Virus record (IMG/VR): IMGVR_UViG_3300005714_000005
Span: 32,001 to 96,000 of that record
Reading direction: 5' to 3' (one strand)
Length of the DNA: 64,000 bases
Source of the DNA: a virus
Lineage: Duplodnaviria > Caudoviricetes
Positions 38,555-47,803 of this stretch are shown piece by piece (position 1 is the stretch's first letter; the number at the start of each line of letters is the position of its first letter). A program made the position numbers and the translations under genes. A model generated the notes under the pieces. The model was not told the DNA's origin, made no database searches, and worked only from the letters and a program-made list of their open reading frames with translations.

Positions 38555-39373
38555 ATGCTATACGATACAACAATTTCAATCAAGTCGAAAAATTTCATAT
38601 TCCTAAATGAGAGAAAGAAAGTCCTTATGTCATTTGATGATGACTTCATTTTCTCAATTGGAAATCAAAACAAAAATCTAGTGATAGATTATATGCAATT
38701 CTTAGCCTATACGGATTTGACTCTAAAGACTTGTACCAATATCAAATACAACATCACATTATTCTTTACTTGGAATCGTGACCATAACAAATGCAAAAAT
38801 TTCAAACAGATTACAATGAGTCAAGCTAGAGAGTTTTTCCTATGGGTGAAAGATAATGGGTATTCATACACTAGAGCAAAAATCATGCGTACAGATATTG
38901 TAGGATTAGCAGACTTTGGAGAGTTTGTATTAGGTCGTGAGCCATTTAGCAAAGGAAATATGACTAACCAATGGTATGGATATACGAACTTTTGGCGAGA
39001 AGTTGATATTATGCAACGTGAAGATTTAAGCAAATTAAATGAGCCAAATAGTGTATCATTTCCAAAGGAAAAGTTAGAAACGTTGAGAATGTATTTATCA
39101 ATGAAACATGACTATTTAGGATTGGTCATTTTAGACTATGCTCACTTAGGTGCAGATATTTTAACTTTACGTATTGATAGTGAAGATTTCAATCCTGCCA
39201 AGAAATATACGGAGCAATATTTACGTTGGCGTGAGAGAAATGGCATTATCCTACCTGATGTGCTATTGATGAAAAATGATAATGGAGATTATATCCCAAT
39301 GGGATTGGTAGAGTTGAGAGCCTATACAAGAATGTTCTCAGTCTTTCTAGGGAAGGAGTTTGTTATATGCTAA
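38555..39373 (+). CDS. Tyrosine-recombinase-like protein (core-binding domain, catalytic domain apparently degenerate)
   Basis: NKNLVIDYMQFL...T..N.KYNITLFFTW...F..I resembles integrase N-terminal SAM-like domain; no R..HxxR..Y set recognisable. Confidence 0.4.
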   Translation: MLYDTTISIKSKNFIFLNERKKVLMSFDDDFIFSIGNQNKNLVIDYMQFLAYTDLTLKTCTNIKYNITLFFTWNRDHNKCKNFKQITMSQAREFFLWVKDNGYSYTRAKIMRTDIVGLADFGEFVLGREPFSKGNMTNQWYGYTNFWREVDIMQREDLSKLNEPNSVSFPKEKLETLRMYLSMKHDYLGLVILDYAHLGADILTLRIDSEDFNPAKKYTEQYLRWRERNGIILPDVLLMKNDNGDYIPMGLVELRAYTRMFSVFLGKEFVIC

Positions 39374-39411
39374 GAGGGGTGATTTATAAATAGAAGGGAA
39401 GTGCGTTTGCT

Positions 39412-39771
39412 TTGATAGATAATATGCCACTCATTGAGGAACGATTACTAGACTATGGTGTGTTGGGGATAATTTGTATTATTTTAATCATAGCTATTGT
39501 TTGCTTATATACGAGACAACAGAAATTCATGGAAGAAAGACAAGAAGCTATGGAAGCACGAATGGACAAAATTGAACTAAACCAAAGAGAGACAAATGAA
39601 ACGTTTAGTAGGGTAGTCGAAATTTTTACAGCAACAACCAAGAATTTTGAGGGGCAAAATAGTCTGCTCAATGATATGAAAATGCAAAATGAAAAAGTCC
39701 AATGGGAACTTGGCGTAATTAATCAAAAGGTTGACAAGATTCAAGAGAAACAAGATAAACTAACCAAATAG
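39412..39771 (+). CDS. Putative holin (single TM + coiled coil, BhlA-like)
   Basis: N-terminal hydrophobic helix YGVLGIICIILIIAIVCLY then coiled coil; near endolysin. Confidence 0.55.
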   Translation: MIDNMPLIEERLLDYGVLGIICIILIIAIVCLYTRQQKFMEERQEAMEARMDKIELNQRETNETFSRVVEIFTATTKNFEGQNSLLNDMKMQNEKVQWELGVINQKVDKIQEKQDKLTK

Positions 39772-39789
39772 GATTAAGGAGAATTTGAA

Positions 39790-40035
39790 GTGGTAAAGAC
39801 CAAAGAAAATCACAGAAACAAAAAGAAAACACCTCGTACTCATGAGGAATTGGATTTTAGTAAGTTTAACGATATAGTTAAACATAAAACTAAACCAAAC
39901 TACAAAGGTAAAGAACGTACTTTACTCGATAAAGAGCGTGAAGAACGAGGAGATTTCAAGAAACATAAGGGGAAACAAAATAAGCAAAGCAGTAAGAATG
40001 GGTACAAAGGCAATAAACCGAAATATAATAAATAA
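39790..40035 (+). CDS. Small Lys-rich basic protein
   Basis: RBS AAGGAG; 81 aa, very basic. Confidence 0.55.
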   Translation: MVKTKENHRNKKKTPRTHEELDFSKFNDIVKHKTKPNYKGKERTLLDKEREERGDFKKHKGKQNKQSSKNGYKGNKPKYNK

Positions 40036-40038
40036 ATC

Positions 40039-40084
40039 AAAAGGGATAGATACTTTAATTAGTGTCTATCCCTTACCTTTTTTG
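40039..40084. terminator. Bidirectional terminator where late and early arms converge
   Basis: 14-bp stem AAGGGATAGATACT/AGTGTCTATCCCTT with A/T tracts on both sides. Confidence 0.8.
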
Positions 40085-40088
40085 CGTT

Positions 40089-40913
40089 TTACATTGTAAA
40101 ATATTTAATTAAATCATCGTGGAATAAATCAATTGCTTGTTGGGTTACTTTACTTGAGTTAAAGTAAACTTTACCGTATTCACAAAGAAAATTATTGGCA
40201 CGAATTTTTATTTTTTTATCTTGATGGTCATATTGAATATAATATTTAGATTGACTAGAATCATTCCAATCAATCTCATTCCCACTATTCTCATCACTAA
40301 AGCGTTGTAACTTGCGGAATAAAGTTTGCTTGAAATCAATTTCCTCTGCTTTTTCTTTAGTTGAAAAATAGTTGGCTCTATCGTACATATCATCGCAAGT
40401 CGCATCATTAAGCTCCCACAAGTCACCAAAATCTCGGCTATTGATAATGGTGAATTTCTCCTCCTTGCTTTCGTCAACTCGTTCCCAACCTGTTAAATTC
40501 TTAGGCTCAATATATTCTTCATATTTGGCAGAGAAACTGAAGTTGCTATCAATATACCACTTAGCTTCATCATCAAAATAATTTTTATAGTAGACATATC
40601 CTTCTTCAATTTTGTAAATAAGGATACCACCTATTTCAAGTACCATTTTACCTTCTTTCATTAAATCAACAGCTTCAAGCCCACTTAATGTTTTATTATC
40701 TTCTTTCATATCTTTCTCCTCACTTTCATTAACAATTTCAAATTTCCAAAGGCGACCATTTAAAGTAACTTCTGACTTATTTCCACGATTATTCATAACC
40801 AAATACCAATTTCTGCAAAAACTATCTGTTTCGACAAACACACCCTCATAAATATCGCCAACTGTGAAGAATACATTATCACTATTTTTACTATAAGTAC
40901 ACTTAAATTTCAT
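40089..40913 (-). CDS. Hypothetical protein
   Basis: 274-aa ORF with RBS AAGGAG. Confidence 0.6.
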   Translation of the reverse strand: MKFKCTYSKNSDNVFFTVGDIYEGVFVETDSFCRNWYLVMNNRGNKSEVTLNGRLWKFEIVNESEEKDMKEDNKTLSGLEAVDLMKEGKMVLEIGGILIYKIEEGYVYYKNYFDDEAKWYIDSNFSFSAKYEEYIEPKNLTGWERVDESKEEKFTIINSRDFGDLWELNDATCDDMYDRANYFSTKEKAEEIDFKQTLFRKLQRFSDENSGNEIDWNDSSQSKYYIQYDHQDKKIKIRANNFLCEYGKVYFNSSKVTQQAIDLFHDDLIKYFTM

Positions 40914-40952
40914 ATGTATCTCTCCTTTTTAGTTGACTAGGGAATTTTAACC

Positions 40953-41756
40953 CTAGTCAATGTATTCCCATCTGCAACCGAGATATGTCTTTCTTTCTCC
41001 TCGGCAAACTCGTCTTATTCCTTGCTTTGCCAATTTAGGGTTGTCAAATTGCTTGCTTGCAACATTAACATTTGTAAATTCTTCACCAGTTTCAACATTT
41101 CTTACTTTCCTCATTTTGGCTTCTGTGCGAATCCTATAATTTTTGTACTCTTCTTCTCCCATTTTTCTTCCTTTGTTCGCTTTTGAAATCTTCTCTTTTG
41201 TTTCTTCTGTATGTCTTATCCCCTTACGAGCCTCAGACATTCTCTTTCTAGCTTCTTCGCTTATGGGATTCTGTTTATAATATTCTTTTAAGCCCTTTGA
41301 TATATTTTCTGCGTGTTGTTTCGTCTTGGGTTTCTTATTGCTTTTTGAAATCTTGTCTTTTTGTTCTTGCGGCATTACATAGCCTTTATGAGAATTAGAC
41401 AATCTCCTTCTTTCTTCTTCGGAAAATTTATAGCCTTTAACTCCTTGACCGCCAACAGTTAAATTGTATCCGTTTGGCTCAAAAGTGTTTAATTGACGTA
41501 TATAGAATATTTCTTTTTCATGTAATTCTTCTCTACTATACCCAATGTCCAATTCCTCAATAGTGAAATTCTTTTCGCCAAATTCTTTTATCGCTTTATG
41601 AATAAGCGTATCTACTTTTTTATGTTTATGTTTTAAGAATCTTTCTCTTAGAGTTTTTGTTGTTTGTCCAACATATCGCTTCCCATTTAGCAAGTTGGTT
41701 ATTACATAAACTCTGCCATATACATTTTGTCCTTTCTCTGTACTCAACCTTTCCAA
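40953..41756 (-). CDS. Free-standing GIY-YIG endonuclease with NUMOD3 repeats
   Basis: VYVITNLLNGKRYVGQT; GYNLTVGG; HTEETKEKISKA repeats. Confidence 0.85.
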   Translation of the reverse strand: MERLSTEKGQNVYGRVYVITNLLNGKRYVGQTTKTLRERFLKHKHKKVDTLIHKAIKEFGEKNFTIEELDIGYSREELHEKEIFYIRQLNTFEPNGYNLTVGGQGVKGYKFSEEERRRLSNSHKGYVMPQEQKDKISKSNKKPKTKQHAENISKGLKEYYKQNPISEEARKRMSEARKGIRHTEETKEKISKANKGRKMGEEEYKNYRIRTEAKMRKVRNVETGEEFTNVNVASKQFDNPKLAKQGIRRVCRGERKTYLGCRWEYID

Positions 41757-42418
41757 CCCTTTCTAATAAATTTCCAATCCACACCCTCAATATCAAGTTC
41801 GATATTGGGCGAAGAAACCCACAAATCAATCTTGTTAGCAGTATCGCAAGCAGAACAAGCATCAAGAATAATCGCATTCTTAACTTCTCCACTTGGGAAT
41901 TTCATCTCAATGATTGATCCGTAGATATTCCATATTCCCTTATCATTTTGCCCGCTAGCCATAACTTCATTTAAACTAATAGCAACTATCCGAGCATAAC
42001 CATATTCTTCATCATCATAATGGAAAATGCCATCAATATTTTCTATCTTGGGGCTAGTATAATAAAATCCTGCTCCAACTGATTTTTCATTTTCAAATGT
42101 TCCATAATACGTTTGACGATAACCTCTACGATTAAAACTATCTAACCATTCTTGATATTGACGTTCTTTTTCTTCTTCTGCTAATCGAATAGCCTCTTGT
42201 TCTTCTGCATATTCATAATATCCTTGCACATATTCTAGTGTATCCAAGTCAAGAAGCTCACGAGAATAACTAGGTGCAAGAATATCCTCTATGATTTGCT
42301 CTATTTGTTTTTCCTCAACTTGGGAGTATGGTAAACTCCGTTGGGTGGCATCTTCAGACACCACACTATCTTGACATAAAGTTGCAGATAGTGCTATACA
42401 AAGTGGCACACTTACCAT
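41744..42418 (-). CDS. Secreted 3D/DPBB-like domain protein
   Basis: N-terminal hydrophobic signal; TYY...IVA...YGSII...ILDACSAC...KIDLW. Confidence 0.4.
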   Translation of the reverse strand: MVSVPLCIALSATLCQDSVVSEDATQRSLPYSQVEEKQIEQIIEDILAPSYSRELLDLDTLEYVQGYYEYAEEQEAIRLAEEEKERQYQEWLDSFNRRGYRQTYYGTFENEKSVGAGFYYTSPKIENIDGIFHYDDEEYGYARIVAISLNEVMASGQNDKGIWNIYGSIIEMKFPSGEVKNAIILDACSACDTANKIDLWVSSPNIELDIEGVDWKFIRKGWKG

Positions 42419-42460
42419 TGTATACCCACTCCTTTCCTTGATTTAAAATTTATTTAATGT

Positions 42461-43009
42461 TTATTTCCCACTTGAGCCTAATGCTCCTACACCTCGTTCA
42501 GAAGTGAATGTAAGTAGTTGGTCATAAGGAATTTCTGCAAGATTGAACTTAGGCACAGGTAACATAATGAATTGTGCAATTGCTTTGTTGCTTGGGTAAA
42601 CCACTGTTTTATGATAAACTTTATTGAGTTGTTCAATCATGGCTTTAAACTCATCTGTTGCAACAACTTCTGCATTTTTAACCAAAACAATAGGATAGTC
42701 ATTTCCATTCCCAATCGGACAGAACCATTCACCTCGGAATGAACCCTCAATAACACCTGAATGTTGTGTCATATTTTGAGTTCCTGTTGAACCACGTTCT
42801 TTCAAGATTGCTACATAATCAGTAGAGAAACAAGTTGCAATACCTGTTGGAATTAATTCTACCTCATGTGGTTTGATTACAAGATAATCTGCATTTAGAC
42901 AAGCATAAATGTCATAACCTGCATCACAATCACGTTTAGATGGAATAATTGCTTCAGGCTTAACCTTTGCGAATAAAATTGTATCATTGCTTACTGTTGC
43001 TAAATTCAT
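42461..43009 (-). CDS. dut: dUTPase (trimeric)
   Basis: AGYDI, IPTGI, ERGS, GVIEGSFRGE, ERGVGALGSSG motifs. Confidence 0.9.
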   Translation of the reverse strand: MNLATVSNDTILFAKVKPEAIIPSKRDCDAGYDIYACLNADYLVIKPHEVELIPTGIATCFSTDYVAILKERGSTGTQNMTQHSGVIEGSFRGEWFCPIGNGNDYPIVLVKNAEVVATDEFKAMIEQLNKVYHKTVVYPSNKAIAQFIMLPVPKFNLAEIPYDQLLTFTSERGVGALGSSGK

Positions 43010-43063
43010 ATGTATCATTTCCTTTCCTGTATTAATATTCCCACCAACCACCCTACATTTAAT

Positions 43064-43092
43064 ATTATAAACTATTGAAATATAAATGTCAA
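43064..43092 (-). promoter_or_regulatory. SigmaA-type early promoter (dut)
   Basis: TTGACA-N17-TATAAT. Confidence 0.8.
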
Positions 43093-43111
43093 CTATTTTG
43101 TTAAAATATTT

Positions 43112-43729
43112 TTAGTTTTCGATAATAATCCACTTATCTGTGATTTCATAGTATGCCAAGTCGGTAACTTCCCAATATGAAAATTCATCGCCATAAGAAC
43201 GTTTTAAGCTATCATTGTGTAGCTTATAGTAAAATCCTGTTAAGTCAGATTTGATAATCTTTCCTTCCTCTAATGCAAGTTGAGCTTCTTGAAAATCTAC
43301 TTGTTTCACCTCTTGTTTCTTGAAGAATAAATCCTTATTTGTTAAACTTAAACAACCTGATTTATCCCCAATTCTAAGGATTCCTTCTTCACAATTAATG
43401 AATTTATTCCCACACTCATAAATCTCACCCTCTTGAATGTTGTTGATTACTTCTCGCCAAGTGAGAGAAGTTTTATCTTTGTCAATATCTCTAACCCATG
43501 TTACTGTTGTATGATGTCCTGGCTCTCTACCAAAAACAAGACTACTAATCTCGTGTTCAAAATAAATAGGCTCTCCCTCAAAATAGTTCTTTTTCGTAGG
43601 TTTATCACCTGAAACCCATGAATACCCGTATTCTTCGCATTCAATTAAAAAATCTTTCATATCATCTTCTGTAACACACTTAACCTCAAATTCTCCATTT
43701 TCAAATCCTAACCAATTAAAGTATTTCAT
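43112..43729 (-). CDS. Hypothetical protein
   Basis: ~205-aa ORF with RBS AAGGAG. Confidence 0.55.
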   Translation of the reverse strand: MKYFNWLGFENGEFEVKCVTEDDMKDFLIECEEYGYSWVSGDKPTKKNYFEGEPIYFEHEISSLVFGREPGHHTTVTWVRDIDKDKTSLTWREVINNIQEGEIYECGNKFINCEEGILRIGDKSGCLSLTNKDLFFKKQEVKQVDFQEAQLALEEGKIIKSDLTGFYYKLHNDSLKRSYGDEFSYWEVTDLAYYEITDKWIIIEN

Positions 43730-43743
43730 ATATATCATTCTCC

Positions 43744-44379
43744 TTATTTATTATATTTATATGTATTGGTAATTTCATGGTAGCACGATTGACAAGTTGA
43801 CATATAGTAGTCATCACCCTCAATGTCACCAACTTGAATAGCATCTCCCTCGCATAAAGGTTGACCATTGATATATCTCACATGAGTTGTCGCTTTATTT
43901 GTACAATTCTTAATCGAACATTTACTTTTGATTTCTTCTGTACTATCTGCTAAGACTAGCAACTCTTGGCTAGCTTCAAATAGTTCATTAAGGTAGCTTG
44001 TCTTTAGTCCATAGCAGAATACCTTGACATTATATCGACTACGAGTTAATTCCCACAATTGTTGAATATGCTCTTTGGTAGCAAAATTAATTTCATCTAC
44101 AAAGATACACACATCGTCAAGTTTACCACCTTGAGACAAATGTTGCCCCATTAGAGAGAATACAAACTTAAACAAGTTAGTATCTTTATCAAATACATGA
44201 CATGGCAACTCACTCTTGATTGCACGAGATTTAATTGTATTCTCTGAGCGAGTATCAATTGATGGTTTCAACACGAATGTCGTTGATCCCGATTGCTCAA
44301 ATTGATGTTGCTTACAGATGAGTTGTCCACTTTTTAGGCTAGACATTGTGCCATAGAAATAGTATAATTTACCTTTCAT
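43744..44379 (-). CDS. tdk: Thymidine kinase
   Basis: YGTMSSLKS P-loop, KPSIDTR, FVDE, YGLKT, Zn-lasso cysteines. Confidence 0.9.
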   Translation of the reverse strand: MKGKLYYFYGTMSSLKSGQLICKQHQFEQSGSTTFVLKPSIDTRSENTIKSRAIKSELPCHVFDKDTNLFKFVFSLMGQHLSQGGKLDDVCIFVDEINFATKEHIQQLWELTRSRYNVKVFCYGLKTSYLNELFEASQELLVLADSTEEIKSKCSIKNCTNKATTHVRYINGQPLCEGDAIQVGDIEGDDYYMSTCQSCYHEITNTYKYNK

Positions 44380-44416
44380 GTTTTCCTCCTGATATTATGA
44401 CTTGTTTTATATTTAT

Positions 44417-44445
44417 ATTATATACTATAAGTTTATAAATGTCAA
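44417..44445 (-). promoter_or_regulatory. SigmaA-type early promoter (tdk)
   Basis: TTGACA-N17-TATAAT. Confidence 0.8.
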
Positions 44446-44452
44446 CCATTTT

Positions 44453-45070
44453 TTATATTTTATATGTATAATTTAATCCCATTAGATTACTCAACTTTTG
44501 CTTCAATTGTACTTCTTTCTTGCGAAGATATGAATTGGTATTCAATCCCATTAATACACGTAACTCATCTCGACTGACTTGCTTAATGTATTTATAGTAG
44601 AATAGCTTTTGCTCGCTGTTGTTAAGTTGCTCATAAGCCCACCAAATATTTTTATCTCCATCGTTGAGAATATATTCATAATCATTCAATCCGTTGTGTA
44701 GATAATCTTCAATTGTTCCATCTTCACTTCCACTTTTGCCAAACACAGGGGTTGCAATTGAGATAGTTAAATCACTAGGAACTCGTTTAGCTCTACCTCG
44801 TCTATCAAACTCGTGCGATAACTCTCCCCTAACTTTCCAATAAACATGGGTAGAGAATTTAGCTTCTTTACTACAATCAAAAGTATCAATTGCTTTAATA
44901 ACACCCATGTAGCATATACTTGCTAAATCTTCGTCAAATACCCCATCATTGTGGGCAATAACAGTTTTTCTAATCATACCTTTAACAGACAGGAAAAGTT
45001 GAGTTTTAGCGTCTTCATCTCCCCTCTGTGCTTTACTCACCATTTCATTTGTAACTTCAATTTGTTCCAT
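44453..45070 (-). CDS. RNA polymerase sigma factor (sigma70 family, sporulation-sigma-like)
   Basis: AQRGDEDAK..L; EDL....GVIKAIDTFD....KFST region 2. Confidence 0.8.
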   Translation of the reverse strand: MEQIEVTNEMVSKAQRGDEDAKTQLFLSVKGMIRKTVIAHNDGVFDEDLASICYMGVIKAIDTFDCSKEAKFSTHVYWKVRGELSHEFDRRGRAKRVPSDLTISIATPVFGKSGSEDGTIEDYLHNGLNDYEYILNDGDKNIWWAYEQLNNSEQKLFYYKYIKQVSRDELRVLMGLNTNSYLRKKEVQLKQKLSNLMGLNYTYKI

Positions 45071-45109
45071 CTTTCATTTCCTCCATTTATTATCTTATTG
45101 ACATTTATA

Positions 45110-45138
45110 ATTATAAACAAAAAGAGTAGAAAAGTCAA
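45110..45138 (-). promoter_or_regulatory. SigmaA-type promoter (sigma gene), overlapped by a terminator hairpin
   Basis: TTGACT-N17-TATAAT; GAGTAGAAA/TTTCTACTC stem at 45124-45150. Confidence 0.75.
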
Positions 45139-45158
45139 CCCTTTCTACTCAAAATAGT

Positions 45159-45470
45159 TTATAAAATTTCAACTTCTTCGTCAAGATTATCAATTACATA
45201 TTCAATAACTTCGTCTATGTCATCTTCACTACCCATATATTCACCGTCCCAAGTATAGTGAGTTACAGTAAAAGTTTCGATGTCATTAGCCCCAAGAAAA
45301 CAATCTTGACAATAGTATAAGTCACCCTGTTTGTAATGTGCTAGCGTAAGATTACATGAAGAACACTCATACCCATACTCTTCACAATCCCCTTGAATTG
45401 GTGGGGTTACCCTTTTGAAACATTCTTCTCTATGATACCAATAGCAATTTTCACAGTTCTTCATTCTCAT
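45159..45470 (-). CDS. Cys-rich hypothetical protein
   Basis: CxxC motifs; RBS AAGGAG. Confidence 0.55.
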   Translation of the reverse strand: MRMKNCENCYWYHREECFKRVTPPIQGDCEEYGYECSSCNLTLAHYKQGDLYYCQDCFLGANDIETFTVTHYTWDGEYMGSEDDIDEVIEYVIDNLDEEVEIL

Positions 45471-45476
45471 CTCTCC

Positions 45477-45980
45477 TTAATTATTTAATTCATGTAATAC
45501 AACTTCGCCTTTAGCTAGTGATTGTTGGATATCAATAATTCGTTGGTTACTAGAACCACGATAGTTTAACTTGGGATTATACAATTCTTGCACAAACTCC
45601 CCATCAACCAAGACATCTAAGTATTGGCTCAACTCAAGCAACTTAACTTCTTCGGCTTGTTTATTGCTCCATAGCCATATTTTAACAGTTGGTAATTCTG
45701 TTTTTACTCTTTTTACTAATTTTGTTAATAGAGGAATATTTACCAACTCTAGGGGTTCTCCTCCAAGTATTGATAAATCCCTCTTAACAAAGTTATTGTC
45801 TTTCAATAAGGCAATAATATAGTCAATGGTATCCTCTGTGAATGGTTTGCCCAATTTAAAATCCCATGTTTCTTTGTTGAAACAATGGGGGCAACGCTTT
45901 GAGCAACCTTGCACCCAAAGACTTACTCTTATTCCTGTTCCATTGGTAGTGTCAAACTCCTTTATTCTATTGTATCTCAT
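45477..45980 (-). CDS. nrdG: Anaerobic ribonucleotide reductase activase
   Basis: NGTGIRVSLWVQGCSKRCPHCFN radical SAM motif; LGGEP; RGSSNQR. Confidence 0.95.
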   Translation of the reverse strand: MRYNRIKEFDTTNGTGIRVSLWVQGCSKRCPHCFNKETWDFKLGKPFTEDTIDYIIALLKDNNFVKRDLSILGGEPLELVNIPLLTKLVKRVKTELPTVKIWLWSNKQAEEVKLLELSQYLDVLVDGEFVQELYNPKLNYRGSSNQRIIDIQQSLAKGEVVLHELNN

Positions 45981-45989
45981 ACATATCTC

Positions 45990-46950
45990 CTATAAATGTT
46001 TTACTCGATTTGTAATATCAAGCATACGACTATGACACCATTTTGTTTCAGAAATATAGCCACAAGTTCGTCTTACAACAGAAAGTTTATCTTGATTCTT
46101 CTCCCCACATTGAGGACAATACCATTTTAAATCTTCGTCTACTGACATAACTCCGTCAAAGCCACAAGTTGAACAAGTATCTGATTCGGTATTGATTTCT
46201 GCATAGATATTATTTTCATACATAAATTGAAGTAATTGAACCACAGCAGGAATGTTATGAGTCATATTATCAATCTCAATATATGTTATAGTTCCACCTA
46301 GACTATATTGAGCAAACTCTTGTTCACGCTTTAATTTTTCAAAAGCATTGATGTGTTGTTTAATATCAATATGATAACTATTGATTAAATAACCCTTATC
46401 TGTAATTCCTTCAATATCTCCAAATTGTTGTTGCAACTTATCTGAGAATTGACCTGCGGTTGACTCGCTCGGTGTCCCATAAAGAGCGAACAATAATCCT
46501 GTTTCTTTTTTGATTTTATCTTTGTAGTCATTCATAAATTGCATAATCTCTAAAGCAAAGGCACGACCTTCTTCCTCGACTAAAGTGTGTCCTGTCATAT
46601 ATTTAACAGTTTCATGTAGACCAATATAGCCAATAGTTACCGTAAAATTACGCTCATCAATTGCCTTGATAATATCATCTTCAGGGTTTAATCGAGCAAT
46701 TGCTCCATACTGCCATAAGATAGGGGCAGTTTTTGCTTTTACGCCTTTCATCTTTTCATAACGCAAAATTCCCATTTCTTTGCTTAAATCCATGCGATTT
46801 GCTAAAATGCTAAAGAATTTGTCTTTATCTTTTTTTGAAGTTAAAGCAACATGAGGTAATGAGATTGTTGTCACACCTAAATTCCCACGACCATACATAT
46901 CAAATGTACCATCTTTACGTTGAACGGGTGTTAAAAAAGCTCTACATCCC
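45990..46950 (-). CDS. nrdD: Anaerobic ribonucleoside-triphosphate reductase, exon 2
   Basis: Spliced junction gives YPCMGCRAFL; GRGNLGV, TPSES, RRTCGY glycyl-radical motif. Confidence 0.9.
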
Positions 46951-47803
46951 CGATACGTTCAACTAGACTCGCTAGGTCTAGCCAGTTCTCACATGAACTT
47001 CTATGTGTCACCACATAGTCCAGACTATATCACATTCTTATACTCCATTAGCAAATATAAGAATCCCACCGTTTCCACTCGCTCGAGTGTACTCTACTTG
47101 CTTCTTCATTTAAGTATTTCTCTTAAATTATGCTTTCGATAGTCGTTTGGCATTTCTATTTGTTGCTACCATTTACTTTAATTTTCAATATACTCTATGC
47201 TAAGAATTCCATGATTTCTATATCCCATTGTTTTCTTTTGTAACCAATGTTTCACACAGCCATCTGTAACTCCAAGTATATCTGCTAGTTGTTGTTTGAA
47301 ATCAAAATCAGCAACCTTTCCATTTTCAAACTCCACTCTAAATGGTTTATATTCTTTTGTGTTTATTTCTTTTCTACTGTGTCTCTCGTTTTCTAATCTT
47401 GATGTCCATTCTAGGTTTTCGATTGAATTGTTTGACTTATCTCCATCAATATGATTAACTTCATCATAATTATTTGGATTATCTATAAAGTGTAATGCAA
47501 CTAATCTATGTCTAAAAAATCTCTGTTTTCTATTTGTCTTTTTGTCATATAAACAGACTCTATAATATCCACCATTGTTTATGTCGCCCTTTATTTTATT
47601 TTTTGTTTTAATATTCAATACTTCACCATTTTGATTCACACAGTATAAATCTTCCCAATCTTTAATTGGTTTCCACATATGTTTCACCTCACTTTTTTGA
47701 GGTAGCAACAAATAATTTAGCACAGGATTATCTTAATTGTAAGACGTTCCCTGTTTAGATGGGTTTTCGATAAGTGTCACCACTTAAAGGCACAAGTTAC
47801 TTT
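46951..47803 (-). mobile_element. Group I intron in nrdD
   Basis: P1 GCAU/GUGC, core AAACGACTA and GATATAGTCT, terminal G; spliced CDS 2124 nt (707 aa). Confidence 0.9.
47178..47678 (-). CDS. Intron-encoded HNH homing endonuclease
   Basis: MWKPIKDWE; HRLVA...VNHIDGDKSNN...NLEW. Confidence 0.9.
   Translation of the reverse strand: MWKPIKDWEDLYCVNQNGEVLNIKTKNKIKGDINNGGYYRVCLYDKKTNRKQRFFRHRLVALHFIDNPNNYDEVNHIDGDKSNNSIENLEWTSRLENERHSRKEINTKEYKPFRVEFENGKVADFDFKQQLADILGVTDGCVKHWLQKKTMGYRNHGILSIEYIEN

Noticed and set aside
24479-39373. Diversity-generating retroelement or invertible shufflon in the fibre cluster
   Set aside because: No reverse transcriptase, no adenine-variant TR/VR pair seen, and no inverted partial fibre cassettes; all genes are co-oriented.
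40089-43738. Tad2/DUF2829-like anti-defence call from EA...L.EGK motifs in the 40089 and 43112 proteins
   Set aside because: Only a short helix motif matches; the following R..W signature is missing.
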